Assembly (NCBI RefSeq): GCF_000150275.1
Contig: NW_002060984.1
Span: forward strand, 110,908 to 174,907
Direction: 5' to 3'
Length of the DNA: 64,000 nucleotides
Source: Trichoplax adhaerens
Lineage: Eukaryota > Animalia > Placozoa
Under the pieces are notes generated by a model. The model had not been told where the DNA came from. It was given only the letters and a program-made list of their open reading frames with translations, and searched no databases. The position numbers and the translations under genes were made by a program. Position 1 is the stretch's first letter; each line of letters opens with the position of its first letter. This document shows positions 38,906-50,587 of this stretch, one piece after another.

Positions 38906-41329
38906 ATGTCTGATGCGAAAGAAATTCGAGAGTCAACAACTGAAGAGGTGCAAATTTTTTATGAGAATACAGAAATAGCAGATTATCAAAGTTACGACTG
39001 CTATGGAGTTGAATTTGCTCAATCAGAGGATCTAGTAACAGATAATGAAAGAACAAACAACGCTAACTTGCATGATTTATCGAATTGGACCAAATTAGAC
39101 GAAATTGTTGGTTCTTCAAGTGGTTCACCAGATGGCGGTACCAGCAAAATTAATAAAACACAGAATGTGGCCAATTGTCATTGTCCGTGTTGCCTGTATC
39201 ATCATAGTCCTGTCCAACCTACTGATCAGGTTATTCTCAATCAGCTCTTAATGGGTAAAAAAAAATTCTCAAAGATTTGGTTTAAAAGATATCCTTGGCT
39301 GTCAGTTTGTGTACTCAGCAAAAAACTATATTGTTGCTTTTGCAGATATGTAATACGACATAAATTACTAACGTTTAGCTCACTATCAGATGATCTATTT
39401 GTGATAACTGGACTTATCCATCCTAAAAAGATTCTATCTCGAATTTCTGATCATAACAAAAATAAATTTCATTCAATGGCGAAAGTAAAATGGGAAGACA
39501 TTCATAAAGCTGGTGAAAGTAAGGAATTAGATTATCCAACCATGAAATTACAAGGTTCTCGAAGAAATGGATTACTTACCCAGTTTCACGGAATTCGTTA
39601 TCTACTACGACAAGATATCGCGATTCAAAGTCAAATTAAAACAGACGGCAATTTATTGCAACTACTGAATCTTTTTGCAAGCGAAGCTAGAAATAATCAT
39701 ATTAAAGATTGGCTTTCAACTGATCAATACACCAACTTGGACATCATAAATGAACAAATTACGATAATGGGTCATGCTGTATTGCGATCATTACTTAGTC
39801 GGATTGAATGCAACACTCCTCTTTGGTATTCTATAGTCGTAGATGAAACAACTGGTTTGGCCAAATGGGCACAATTTTGTGTATCCATTCGATGGGTGAA
39901 TGATGATTACATCATACATGAAGATCCAATTGGAATAGTTAATTTGCTGGATAGTCCTTTAGATTCACTTGCAAGTACTTTAAAGAATATTCTACTTCGT
40001 TGTGGGCTTCCGATCTCTTATTGTCGAGGGCAAGCGTATGATGGTGTGGCTAAAATGTATGGCAAAAAAGACGCTATAGCATCTGAGATTAAATCTGAGT
40101 ATCCTGCGGCAATTTGTGTTCCAAGTTTTATGCACTCTTTAGATGTATGCATTCAGGAATCAGTTAGAAAGATATCGTTAATGCACCAATGTCTAGAAAC
40201 TATAAGAGCTATTACTAAATTTATAGAATTCTCAAGCACACAACACAATCATTTAAATACAACGTTATTAAATGTAACGCGCAGTAAAACCGATATTAAA
40301 CCTCTTTGTCCAACAAGATGGAAGGTAAAAGCCAAAGGTATTGAAGTGTTATTAGAAGACTATAAAGATATTATAGAGATGGTGAGAAAATCAAGTAAGA
40401 CTAACTATTACGAATACCGTTACGGCATAGAGCCAGGCGCACTTCTATCTTCCCTTGAAAATTTTGAAACATTGTTTGGCTTTGAATTAGGAATGATAGC
40501 TTTTCGTACTTCTGAATACGTGTCTACCGCATTACAGCAAGAAAATATTTCCATATTGGAAGCACTTTCGGCGGTTAATCTTGCTATAGAATTTTACGAA
40601 AATCAGCGTAATGAAGAATTATTTGATAGCTTTTATAATAAAGTCATTAATAAAGCGGAACTTTTGAATATTACTTTACCAAGTCTAGGAGAAAAGTTAA
40701 ATATTGGCGATGGTGCAATTCCAATAGATCAATCCTGCACCATCAAGGATTATTACCGATCTATATATGAACAAGCCTATGATCTGTTTGCAAACGAACT
40801 CAAGGATATTTTTCTGAAGAATAATGAGTTACCAATTGTTTTGACGATTGAATCACTTTTAATCAAAGCTGCTAATTCCGAAAAATACGTCGATGAATTC
40901 GAGCAGCTACAGAACTCGTGCTATGGTAATGATATAAATTTTGAAAAACTGAAACTCCAGTTATGCATATTACCTGAAATTATATCTCTTGCTTCTTCAA
41001 AGTTAACAAAAGTTACTGATGTCAGTATCATTGGCAATGCAATTAATAGGTATAGTTCATGCAAGTCAAAACTTATTGAAATTCATAAATTGATTAAACT
41101 ATACCTAACTATCCCAATAATAATTCCTAATTCTAGTACAGCGTTATCAGTATTAACCCGATTATCTTCCTATCTGAAAACCGCTATGGCAGAAAATAGT
41201 TTCAATTGCTGTTTGCTCATGTATGTACATAAAGATTTATCAGATCAACTTAATTTAAACGATATAGTAAATCAGTTTATTGATGTGAATCCCGATCGTA
41301 GAAGATACTTCGGTAGCGGTAAATCATAA
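38906..41329 (+). CDS. hAT transposase-derived protein (TTF-type zinc finger, ZMYM1/THAP12-like core, hAT C-terminal dimerisation region), probably domesticated
   Basis: Intact 807-aa intronless ORF with WFKRYPWL..LYCCFC..H....H (ZnF_TTF-like), YSIVVDETT..QFCVSIRWV, RGQAYDG, LCPTRW and a C-terminal LYLTIP...LKTAM..LLMYVH. The catalytic ERSFS motif is replaced by STALS. Confidence 0.9.
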   Translation: MSDAKEIRESTTEEVQIFYENTEIADYQSYDCYGVEFAQSEDLVTDNERTNNANLHDLSNWTKLDEIVGSSSGSPDGGTSKINKTQNVANCHCPCCLYHHSPVQPTDQVILNQLLMGKKKFSKIWFKRYPWLSVCVLSKKLYCCFCRYVIRHKLLTFSSLSDDLFVITGLIHPKKILSRISDHNKNKFHSMAKVKWEDIHKAGESKELDYPTMKLQGSRRNGLLTQFHGIRYLLRQDIAIQSQIKTDGNLLQLLNLFASEARNNHIKDWLSTDQYTNLDIINEQITIMGHAVLRSLLSRIECNTPLWYSIVVDETTGLAKWAQFCVSIRWVNDDYIIHEDPIGIVNLLDSPLDSLASTLKNILLRCGLPISYCRGQAYDGVAKMYGKKDAIASEIKSEYPAAICVPSFMHSLDVCIQESVRKISLMHQCLETIRAITKFIEFSSTQHNHLNTTLLNVTRSKTDIKPLCPTRWKVKAKGIEVLLEDYKDIIEMVRKSSKTNYYEYRYGIEPGALLSSLENFETLFGFELGMIAFRTSEYVSTALQQENISILEALSAVNLAIEFYENQRNEELFDSFYNKVINKAELLNITLPSLGEKLNIGDGAIPIDQSCTIKDYYRSIYEQAYDLFANELKDIFLKNNELPIVLTIESLLIKAANSEKYVDEFEQLQNSCYGNDINFEKLKLQLCILPEIISLASSKLTKVTDVSIIGNAINRYSSCKSKLIEIHKLIKLYLTIPIIIPNSSTALSVLTRLSSYLKTAMAENSFNCCLLMYVHKDLSDQLNLNDIVNQFIDVNPDRRRYFGSGKS

Positions 41330-44300
41330 TATGATGCTTATTTTATGTGTCTGTTAGATTCCTTTACTCATATACTTATTCTATGACATTATAGCAATTA
41401 CTTCCCTACAATAGTATTTATTACTTTGCTATCATACGCGTATGCAAGATTCATTTACAATATGAATTCTAGCATGCTATATGGTATTTGGCAAAATCTA
41501 ACTTTATACTGTACTCAATATGTTAACGTGATGACAGTGGTTTATCGAATCAGATCTTAAAAGCGAATCGTTCAAGACTATTTGTTTGTAATAAGGTTGT
41601 ATTAAATAAATTTGAAAAGTAAAAATTCACCTAAAAACTTTGGCATCAAGTATTTGAATAAAATTTCGCAGTAATTGAAAGATCAAGCAAAGATTAAGTA
41701 CGATAATACACGTAACCCTCCTGATACTGATTTTTACTATTAAAATTTAGTTTTTTTTACGCATGGATACTCGTATATTTCATTTTTATCACCTAATTTT
41801 AAACGAAATACCTACTGAAAAATATATTTAGGCCACAATTAATCAATGCTGCACATAGTTAGCAATTATAATCAGAATAATGTTAAATATATCTTTTAGT
41901 ACATTCCTATAATTGCATTTAGGAAGAGTTACTTCTTGCTAAATTATCCGTAACCTATTGGTATTATACTTGATTCACATTTTTATAGTAGAATCAGTAC
42001 ATACTTTATCAAGTATAGTAACTACGATATATTTTGTGAATTTTGCAAACGATGGGGTAACGGCAAAATTACTGCGCAGAATACTTATATACCTATCCTT
42101 GCTAGCTTATCTACTTCCATACTTTGTAATTAAATGTTTATAAATATCATTAAGATTAAAGAAATAATTTTAATTTTATTAAGGACCGTTTAAGTTTACA
42201 TAGAGTTTTAGTTTGGCAGTCAATATTCTAATGTTGATTTTAATTAACCCAAGAAAGCACTTTCATCCGATTTATGAAGTTTTTGCTTCCATATCATTTT
42301 TACAATTATGAATGAAGATTTAACTCTCACACATAAAATTCGCAAAAAGTAATTTCTGTCATAAGAAGATGTGAAAATTGAAATTTGCAGCTAAGAAACT
42401 AAACGGATTACAAAAATATCAAACTATAGACCTACCGTCAGGCTTTTCTCCCCGAGATATAGCTACAGTACGATTCTAACGTCAACGAATTCCCATCGTT
42501 AAGAGATTTCAGCATACTACACACTTCTTCTAGGTAAAACTGAGCCCAGAATTTATTGAAAAATAAGTCAATTTACAGTAATATAAAATTAAAACTACAT
42601 TAATTCGATGTAAATATCAGGAGATAGATATTATTATTAAACTATACAATTATCGATTAAAATTATGTAAAATATCATAGAAAAATTATTATCAATGCAT
42701 TGCTAGATAGGTTTTGTTATGAAAAATATGTTTCGGTTACTATGCGAAAGTTACTGCGTAAATGGAAGATAGTTTTAACCATCTTATATATAAAAACATT
42801 ACATTATAACACATTTGCTGTTCTACTATCCTTGAAGCAATGTACCAGTTTGATGATCTCGTTTTGAAATTAAATTCTAATCGCTAGACGTCCCCAAGAA
42901 AAGTCTACGATGCCTTATGTTGTACACTTGCATGTACTTCTATATGGTTCAAGCCACGATTCATATTTCATCTACATGGTTATAACTGTTTCTTTTCTTA
43001 TTATGCACCATCCACTGTTCTGGGATGACAGGCTTGGCATTATAAAAAGTTTAAAGCGTAGGACATTATGAAGGAAAGAGTAACTTACTTCTTATTACAG
43101 TTTATAACATGGACCTTGAAATTTAACTTTGAATAATGGTAGAGCTATAAGAATGGAGCAAATCAGGACTGGAGCTGGGTCCAATCTCGACAATGAGTCA
43201 ACGAAAGACGGTCATGACTGTGTAAACATGGGATCTATTTACTGGTGGCAGTCAGTTCTGAGAATTAGATCATCCTTGAGAAAGACGTTCCATTATTAAT
43301 GAGATAAGAAATCAGATAATATACCAATTAAACATATCCAAAGTATCCGCATGTAAAGCATCGAATAGGCACGAGATCAACGCAGCGTCCAAATAAACGT
43401 AAGATATACAGTATTTGCAAATCAAAACTATGTACTGTAAATATATGACATAGATGATGAAGTATAAAATCCGAAAATAATAATGTGAAGTAATTAAAAA
43501 ATTTCATTCAAAAACATGGAATAGGCGCGAGATGCAAGACCAAAATCGCGTAAAATTAAACGTAAGACGATGATTGTTGGTCATAATTGATTATGTCTGA
43601 GTAATTAAAGGCCTTTAATNNNNNNNNNNNNNNNNNNNNNNNNNNNNNNNNNNNNNNNNNNNNNNNNNNAAAATTTTCCACATCAGAATTACGCGCCATT
43701 ACCAACATCTTAGCTCTGCTAGATTTTCTAAGGAGGTTCTGCTCTTTATTTTCAATTACGAACGGTCACCTATTGAGATCCAGGACTGTGTGTAATTGCT
43801 ACTTTGTAAAATTAAATGCTTACGAAACTTCAATGTTGCCTTTCAATATAGCTATAGCATGATCAGCTTCTATGGAAATTGCCATAATTAATTCCAATAT
43901 TTGATCTCTAATTACTGCTTTTTAGTTGTAAATAAAAGAAGATATGAATGTTGTTGAGCTGGTACTAATTAAACCCGCATGAGAGTGATCAAATACACAA
44001 TCATAAATGCATCTTTATATATCTAAAGAGTAAGGCTCGAATTTCAATTTATTAATCTTAAAGCCTAAGAGAATAATTTACAGTGAGGAATTAATTATAC
44101 TGCACTAGTTACGAAGACGTGAGTTTAGGCGTAGTAGCTTTCGCAACTATCGCACTATTAGGGGCACAGGAGTTAAAGTAAGACTTGAGGTTTCTTACAC
44201 TACTGCGGCATTTGGTTATTATCCGTTGATAATTGTATGTAATGAGTATTAATAATTAAATGCATTATTTGAATAAACCTCATAAGTTTTTAGTTTAGTA

Positions 44301-45074
44301 AAGAAACATACTAATATAGATAACTACCGTATAGATTACCACAATATTTTTATAAAAAAATTACAAGAGTTGTGATCATTACGTCCTATGTTGTAAAAAG
44401 TCTTACGTGGTCAAATAAAACATGAATGATATCATTCTTGCATGTGAAAAGTAGAAATCCAGTTTATAATCTATAGTAAATCCATACGCATTGAGACCAT
44501 AAACCGCGATCTCCACGAAATATCAACTAGCTGCAATCATATTCTTATCTTTAAGCTTTTAATTTCATTAAATTGCTTAAGCTTAGTAGTTCGATTATTT
44601 AAATTATGAAAAAGTTCCTTATTTAAAGTATGAAACTTCTATAAATGATTATGCATTTACTAGTCCTTGGACGTATACTGTACCCAATATTAAAATTAAT
44701 TGATCATGCCCAATTAGCACACACAGTCTAAATGGAATAGAAATTATGCAATTCCTTGCTTAGGGTATTTTATTCAGAATCTAATGTTTTATTAGTTAAA
44801 TTTGTAATCGACAGGGAAAGAATGGATTTTCAGAAGTTCAAACTGGAAAAATCGTACAAGCGTCGGCATGTATGGATTGACAGACTCATAAATTCTTGAT
44901 TTAAACGGCTATACTGATATAATACCGTAGCATTAGTTTACAAGTAAAGTTAGTTCTACACACACATAATAATGTGAATATGCGTTAAAGTTGATGTGCT
45001 ATCAAGATGACATTTATTTACTATGCATATCAGTGTTGATTAACGTTCAGAAATAAAGCAATGGAATAAGGGGT

Positions 45075-45527
45075 TGTTACGATGCGTAAGCTCGTCCTAA
45101 TTATTGAGTAATATTAAATGTTGTTTGTGTGGATTGACGTTTTATTAATTGTCATTTCTTCATACACTATAATCTGCTTAATCTTTCAGGAGTTTCTGAC
45201 GAGACTATAAAAGGCTGGTACCTGAAGATTCCTTTTTAGTTAGTTAGTTCGTTAGTAGGTTGGATAGTCAACTAATTTTTCAATTGATATTTAATTGTAA
45301 AGACTATAATCTTGGGTGCCAAGATTCCTTCAGTAATAAATGATAGTAAATCTCTGACTATCTCGTCTACATCATCTGTGACGCTATAATTATACCATAG
45401 TATTCGGTCGTTGGAACTGAATTATTTGGTGATATAGCTAATCTCGCCTCTTTAAGTTAGTAAGTAGCGTTCTCCACCAGGATTGGCATGTGTAGACTAC
45501 TTTGTCACTCACTAGTAGTGTGTGACA
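45075..45527 (+). mobile_element. Solo-LTR-like element (453 bp)
   Basis: Termini TGTTACG...TGTGACA with a perfect TSD GGGGT. It contains TATAAAA (~45206) and AATAAA (~45335). Confidence 0.8.
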
Positions 45528-47684
45528 GGGGTAGAGCAAAAAATAATAGCTCCGACCAGATAGGCGTATAGCCTTTTTAAGTGAGACATCCTTTCATATT
45601 GCAAATTTACATATGTCACGGTATCTTTATGATTGTAACAATTACGGCATTTATTTTTACAACAATTTTACCATCCAGAAACTACCCAGAACAAAGCTAC
45701 TGCTGTAAAGGTTTTCTTCTCATTTTGATAGTCCCTATACTGTAAGTAACTAATATTCGCGACTCATGAATAAGTAAATAAACTACAGGAATTATAGTGA
45801 CATAAGGTTCAAATTACTTAGTATAGTTAGTTGAGTAAACAAATAATGTTTTTTCCATCTAATATACTTTTAATTGCAATATTACATATAGCATTCCAGT
45901 ACATTATTGGGTTTGAGAAACATTCGCCTGAAAAGAGTTCAAATATAATAAATAATTAAGATTATCATCTACGTACCAGCTACTGAAATTGTTGCTGTTA
46001 GGTGCACGATACAGCTTTGATGAGAATTAAAGATATATATGAATCTTTAAACATACAACAATGGCTATGCGTCGATCAGACTAAACAAAGAATTGTATGT
46101 GCTTCTACTGTATTCACTTCGGCCATATGGACTTATATTTAATTATCTATGTCTCTTTCTAATTTCAAAATCTCTAAAAGTTCTTATTCGTAATTTTTCG
46201 AATATTTTTGCATTGTTTAACAGTAAGATCATAAATATTTTCTTAGTATTGCACCCTCTGGCTCTACGTAAAGTATACTGCTGACTGCACAGAATTCGCT
46301 GCACATCACAACCGTTATAGTAGAAAGTACCATCGAGAGTATATTATGGATTATTTTAAAATCAGTCCTGGCGTATGATTAGGTATCTGGTTCTTCGAAA
46401 CTATGACCTTTGGTAAGTGATTTTACGGTCTCTACAACCGTTTCCTATAAAACTGACTTTTTGAGCATCTTACCTTAAGCTTGTTAGCAGTTATTGCAAA
46501 TACTTGCTTGCGTTAGGTGTCAAGTTTAACTTGTTGTACTGCATCGACAATCATTCTCATGGTCATTACTTCTATCCATATTACGTAACAGAATAATTAA
46601 AATTCTAGGTTTTAAATATAGTAGATATGGAGGATAGCTGAAAGAATTAAGTGAACGAAGAGCGCTTTAGAGGATAATGATGTTCTTCATCTGTTATACT
46701 ATCAACTCTGCCGGAAGTTCTCGAAACTCCAGGAGACTGATTGACTAAGAAGTATTTGACTTCATCGATAGCTGAATTACGCATTTGGGCATATAGTAGC
46801 CCAAATGAAGAGCCATTTAAAAGTTTAAATATGCAGCGAGTTGGAGTAAATACTAAAGGGGTGTATCAAGTTAGGACGACTCCCAGTCACCGTTGTTAAA
46901 AATATATTTCAACGAGATAATAAATGGCAGATTTCATGTTTGATGATAATGTAAAATCCATTAGCTTTTAATTTTTAATGTACAGCGATAGTATTAGAAA
47001 ATAATTGTCTAATTAAGTGCGTGGCAGTATTTGTATTTTGACTGACTAAGGTAGAATATTGTATAAGTTATTTTAGTGACTAAGTCGTGATGTTTAAAGG
47101 TTATTTTCTGGATTTTATAAAGTTTAAAAGTTAGAACATTCTGTTAGAAATAAGATTTGATATCTTTAATAGTTGGCATATTAGCTTTATAACATTTTGT
47201 AAAGAAATCTTAAGATAAGCCTTGTCTGATCTTTGAGTAATTTTTGTTTTAAAAGATGGAAAGCACTTTTCTTATGTTAATTTTAAGAATGATTAGAAAA
47301 TTCTGATCCTGTACAATACTAACAAAGGTAGATTACTAAAATATAACCTAGATCTCATATGTTAATATAACAACCAGGACAGATTTATAATTCATGTTGA
47401 TCTACCAAAACCTAACACCAGTAGCGAAGATAAGTATCCTCCATAGATACAAATCACGTAATAAATCCTCTCGAGCAAATATTTCTCAAGCTATCTTCAT
47501 CAAAATTCTTTTATGTAATAGTTTAAATTATATTATTGTGCAGTAAAGGACCGACAAGCGAATCCTTTATAACTTTAAATACGAAATTATTCTTACTTTA
47601 CTGTAGAAAATGAGTAGAAAGTGATAGTATCCTTTAGTGTTACCTTGTCAAGGCAAGGCATTGGCATCTTTCCTATTTTACTAC

Positions 47685-47960
47685 TTTATAAGGTTTTATA
47701 TAGATTACTATCTGAATATTTTATGAGCAATCGCCTAATTTAAAGAAAGGGCGTTTGATAGTCTATTGAGATTAAAATAAATTTGAAACGACAATAAAAC
47801 CCTATCCTCAAAGAAAGGACTTTCATAACGTGTCAGTATCGTATTGCAATGTGCAGTATAGTATAATCCATGCCGTACCGTATACTGTAACACACCATGC
47901 TGAAACACCAATTGTCAATGCTAACGCCAAAAATTAAGTATTAACTGTCGTGAAAGATTT
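47685..47960. repeat. Old dispersed repeat; partner at ~60560-60900
   Basis: Shared blocks ttttatatagattacta, tgagcaat.gc.taat.taa.gaaaggg.gtttgat and aaaaccta/aaaacccta. Confidence 0.55.
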
Positions 47961-49480
47961 TTGACAATATGCTGATGCTATGCAATAACCGATACTAAGA
48001 GCATAGGTTCGCATTTAATTATAATTATTAATAATGCCAGATAGCAAATGCTTTATTTTATTATTGTAATTTGCAAATTGCCTATATGTAATTACAATAG
48101 TTTTTATTGCCTCGAAGCTTAGAAACAAGCTTTACATCGTTTACTTTTCAGGCACAGTAGATATTCGCTTGAATAGCTAATTACGGTTATTTTGCAACTT
48201 TAAGAAGAATAAACAATATTATATACTATAAGATTTATATAACGACTCTTTTACATGTAAATTTCATTTAAATCCTACATTATACTACTTAAAATATCTA
48301 TGAATTAGATGGAAGAGAGTTTGGACTGTTCAAATAATGAACTTGCAGAGCAGCCTTATTAAGCAGGCATGATTTCATTAAGAAATCATAAGTCTCATGG
48401 GTATTAACGTGATAGTTTTAAAAGTGTTGTGGAGAATTTTAAAAAAGTTTACTAATGTTCACTTCTCATGAAATTAAGAGAAGCGTGTTAAAGATCTCTG
48501 ATTATCAAGCACTTTAGGCTTTGCAGCACATCCTAAAATTCAAGAAGAATTAGTACAGTTATCAATCTTGATTATTCTGCTACAATGTTTTAGCTATAAA
48601 AAATCCAATAGAGTGTTTTATTTAATCTTGAGCCGTATCTATAAACGAATTGAATATGTATTTAGCATTATGAACTTTGATATATACCTAGATACGATAT
48701 TTACGGGACTTGCTAGACTCAAAGCGATTTACTTTCACTTGCATTACAGGGAACGAATATATCAAAAAACTTCAAGTTCTCTTTTAGTTGCTTACCTACT
48801 AAATATTCATTTAATAATAGTTTTACATATGGTAAAAGTTTAATAATACTGTGTGATTAAAGTTATCGGTGCGAGGCCTATGGCCAATGCGTGTATATCT
48901 TAGTACTGATTGTGAAAGCTAGGGGCATATCAAGGTTGTTAAGATCGACCAGAAAAAAATTTTTTATAATGCTAAACTGTAACTATTATAAATTAACCTA
49001 CAGTATATTCATCCAAATAAATAATTGTGGTCCCACTAAAAACTCAACGCTACCGCAATCATCGATACATTGATCCAAACCTTTAAATTTATTACATAAT
49101 TTGTTACTTGCAGGCAATACGGACAATTGTGCTATGAATTCTATTCTTATAGAGTATAATTACGAAATTTTGTGTAAAGACATTTTATAGAAAGCCCAAT
49201 ACTTCGAATAAATTTCATAAAATCGCTTAATGTGTTAACATGTACATCATCAAACTTTGAAAACGTAATTGAGATTCGATATAACCTAAAATATTAATTC
49301 TACATTTGTTACAAATACATTTTAACATTGAGCTAACGATTGCTTAAGCTGCACATTGAAAGCCTCAAACAAGGAAATTTCATAACAGTGAGAATAAATA
49401 CTTGATAGCATAATGAATAATCGTCGTAAATAATATACACACCTACATAATCATCAGTATTAACTCGATTAAAGGAAAAG

Positions 49481-50587
49481 TTAATCCAATTGTCTGTCAT
49501 TAAACTTATCTAGACTGCTCGATATCGCATTTATCCTGACAGGTAAGCTATCAACTAAGGAAATAATCTCGTCAACTGCAGTTTTATTCCATAATTTTAT
49601 AATCTCCCCTTCAAAATCTACCGGCATTATTGAAGGAATATTGATAAGCTTAGATTTAATGCCTGTCCATACATCTTCAAGTGGATTAAGTGCAGCATTA
49701 TGGCTTGGCCAAGATTGTATTTCAAGTCCAAAACGTTCCTGGCTTAACTCATTAATAACTTTACCACGTCGACCTGGCAGCCTACAGCCTATACATATGA
49801 ATGCTCTATCCAAAGATGATAAATAAGGTAATAGGTATTTTTCGTACATGTCAACATAGGCTGTAGCTCCCAAATATTTTGCAATCCTAATGACTGGTCC
49901 GACGCTTTCACAACTGATACAGCCCCAAAGAGTTATGACAGTGCAGCATCTATGCAAGGAAAGATTGCCATCCTTATTGATATCCCGATCAATTGCTTCT
50001 CGATTTCGACTAGAAATTCTAGCAGAAGAGCTTAGTATCTTCGTAATATCAAACTTACTCTCGCCAATCCAAACAACTTTACGCCAGTCAGGTATTTTCC
50101 ACTCTTTGAGTGTTGAAACCCAACTCTTCTCTAATTGAATATTTTGAACTGCTAATTCTTTTTTTTTTACCGTCGGGTTCCTGAGAGAAAATTCCGTTTG
50201 AGAGTTATTAACACTTTTATCTGTTTCCTTATCAACATCTTCAATATTTGTCGCAGAAAGCTGAGTAGTTAAATTTACATTAGGACTCATCGATTTTGAG
50301 CTAGCAGGAGTCTGAATACTTAAACTGACATTAGGATTCATAGATCTCGAGTTTTGTAGAAGAAAATTAATGACTCCTGAATTATCTTGATCTAGTGCAA
50401 TCTTAATTTTTGGACGAACCACTTTTGAATTCCTGCCTCTCAATTTGTAGTATGTTCCAGTGACCTTTGAATATGGCAAATCTAGTTTTTGAGCGATTTC
50501 CTTGAACTTTACACCTTGTTTACGTAATAATAGTATACGAATTTCATCACTCTCTTGTAATTCTTTCGTCGAACTCATCGTAATCAA
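49481..50587 (-). CDS. Tc1/mariner (DDE_3) transposase-derived protein, probably domesticated and inactive
   Basis: Intact 368-aa ORF with an N-terminal HTH (LRKQGVKFKEIAQKL), WRKVVWIGESKF (canonical WxxVLWSDESKF), ITLWGCIS, YVDMYEKYLLP, WPSHNAALNPLEDVW (canonical WPxQSPDLNPIENLW) and LVDSLPVRINAI. Confidence 0.85.
   Translation of the reverse strand: MITMSSTKELQESDEIRILLLRKQGVKFKEIAQKLDLPYSKVTGTYYKLRGRNSKVVRPKIKIALDQDNSGVINFLLQNSRSMNPNVSLSIQTPASSKSMSPNVNLTTQLSATNIEDVDKETDKSVNNSQTEFSLRNPTVKKKELAVQNIQLEKSWVSTLKEWKIPDWRKVVWIGESKFDITKILSSSARISSRNREAIDRDINKDGNLSLHRCCTVITLWGCISCESVGPVIRIAKYLGATAYVDMYEKYLLPYLSSLDRAFICIGCRLPGRRGKVINELSQERFGLEIQSWPSHNAALNPLEDVWTGIKSKLINIPSIMPVDFEGEIIKLWNKTAVDEIISLVDSLPVRINAISSSLDKFNDRQLD

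Noticed and set aside
49641-50138. Antisense ORFs over the transposase-derived genes (also 35041-35238, 38868-39056, 53386-53640, 55677-55877)
   Set aside because: Shadow ORFs on the strand opposite real coding sequence.
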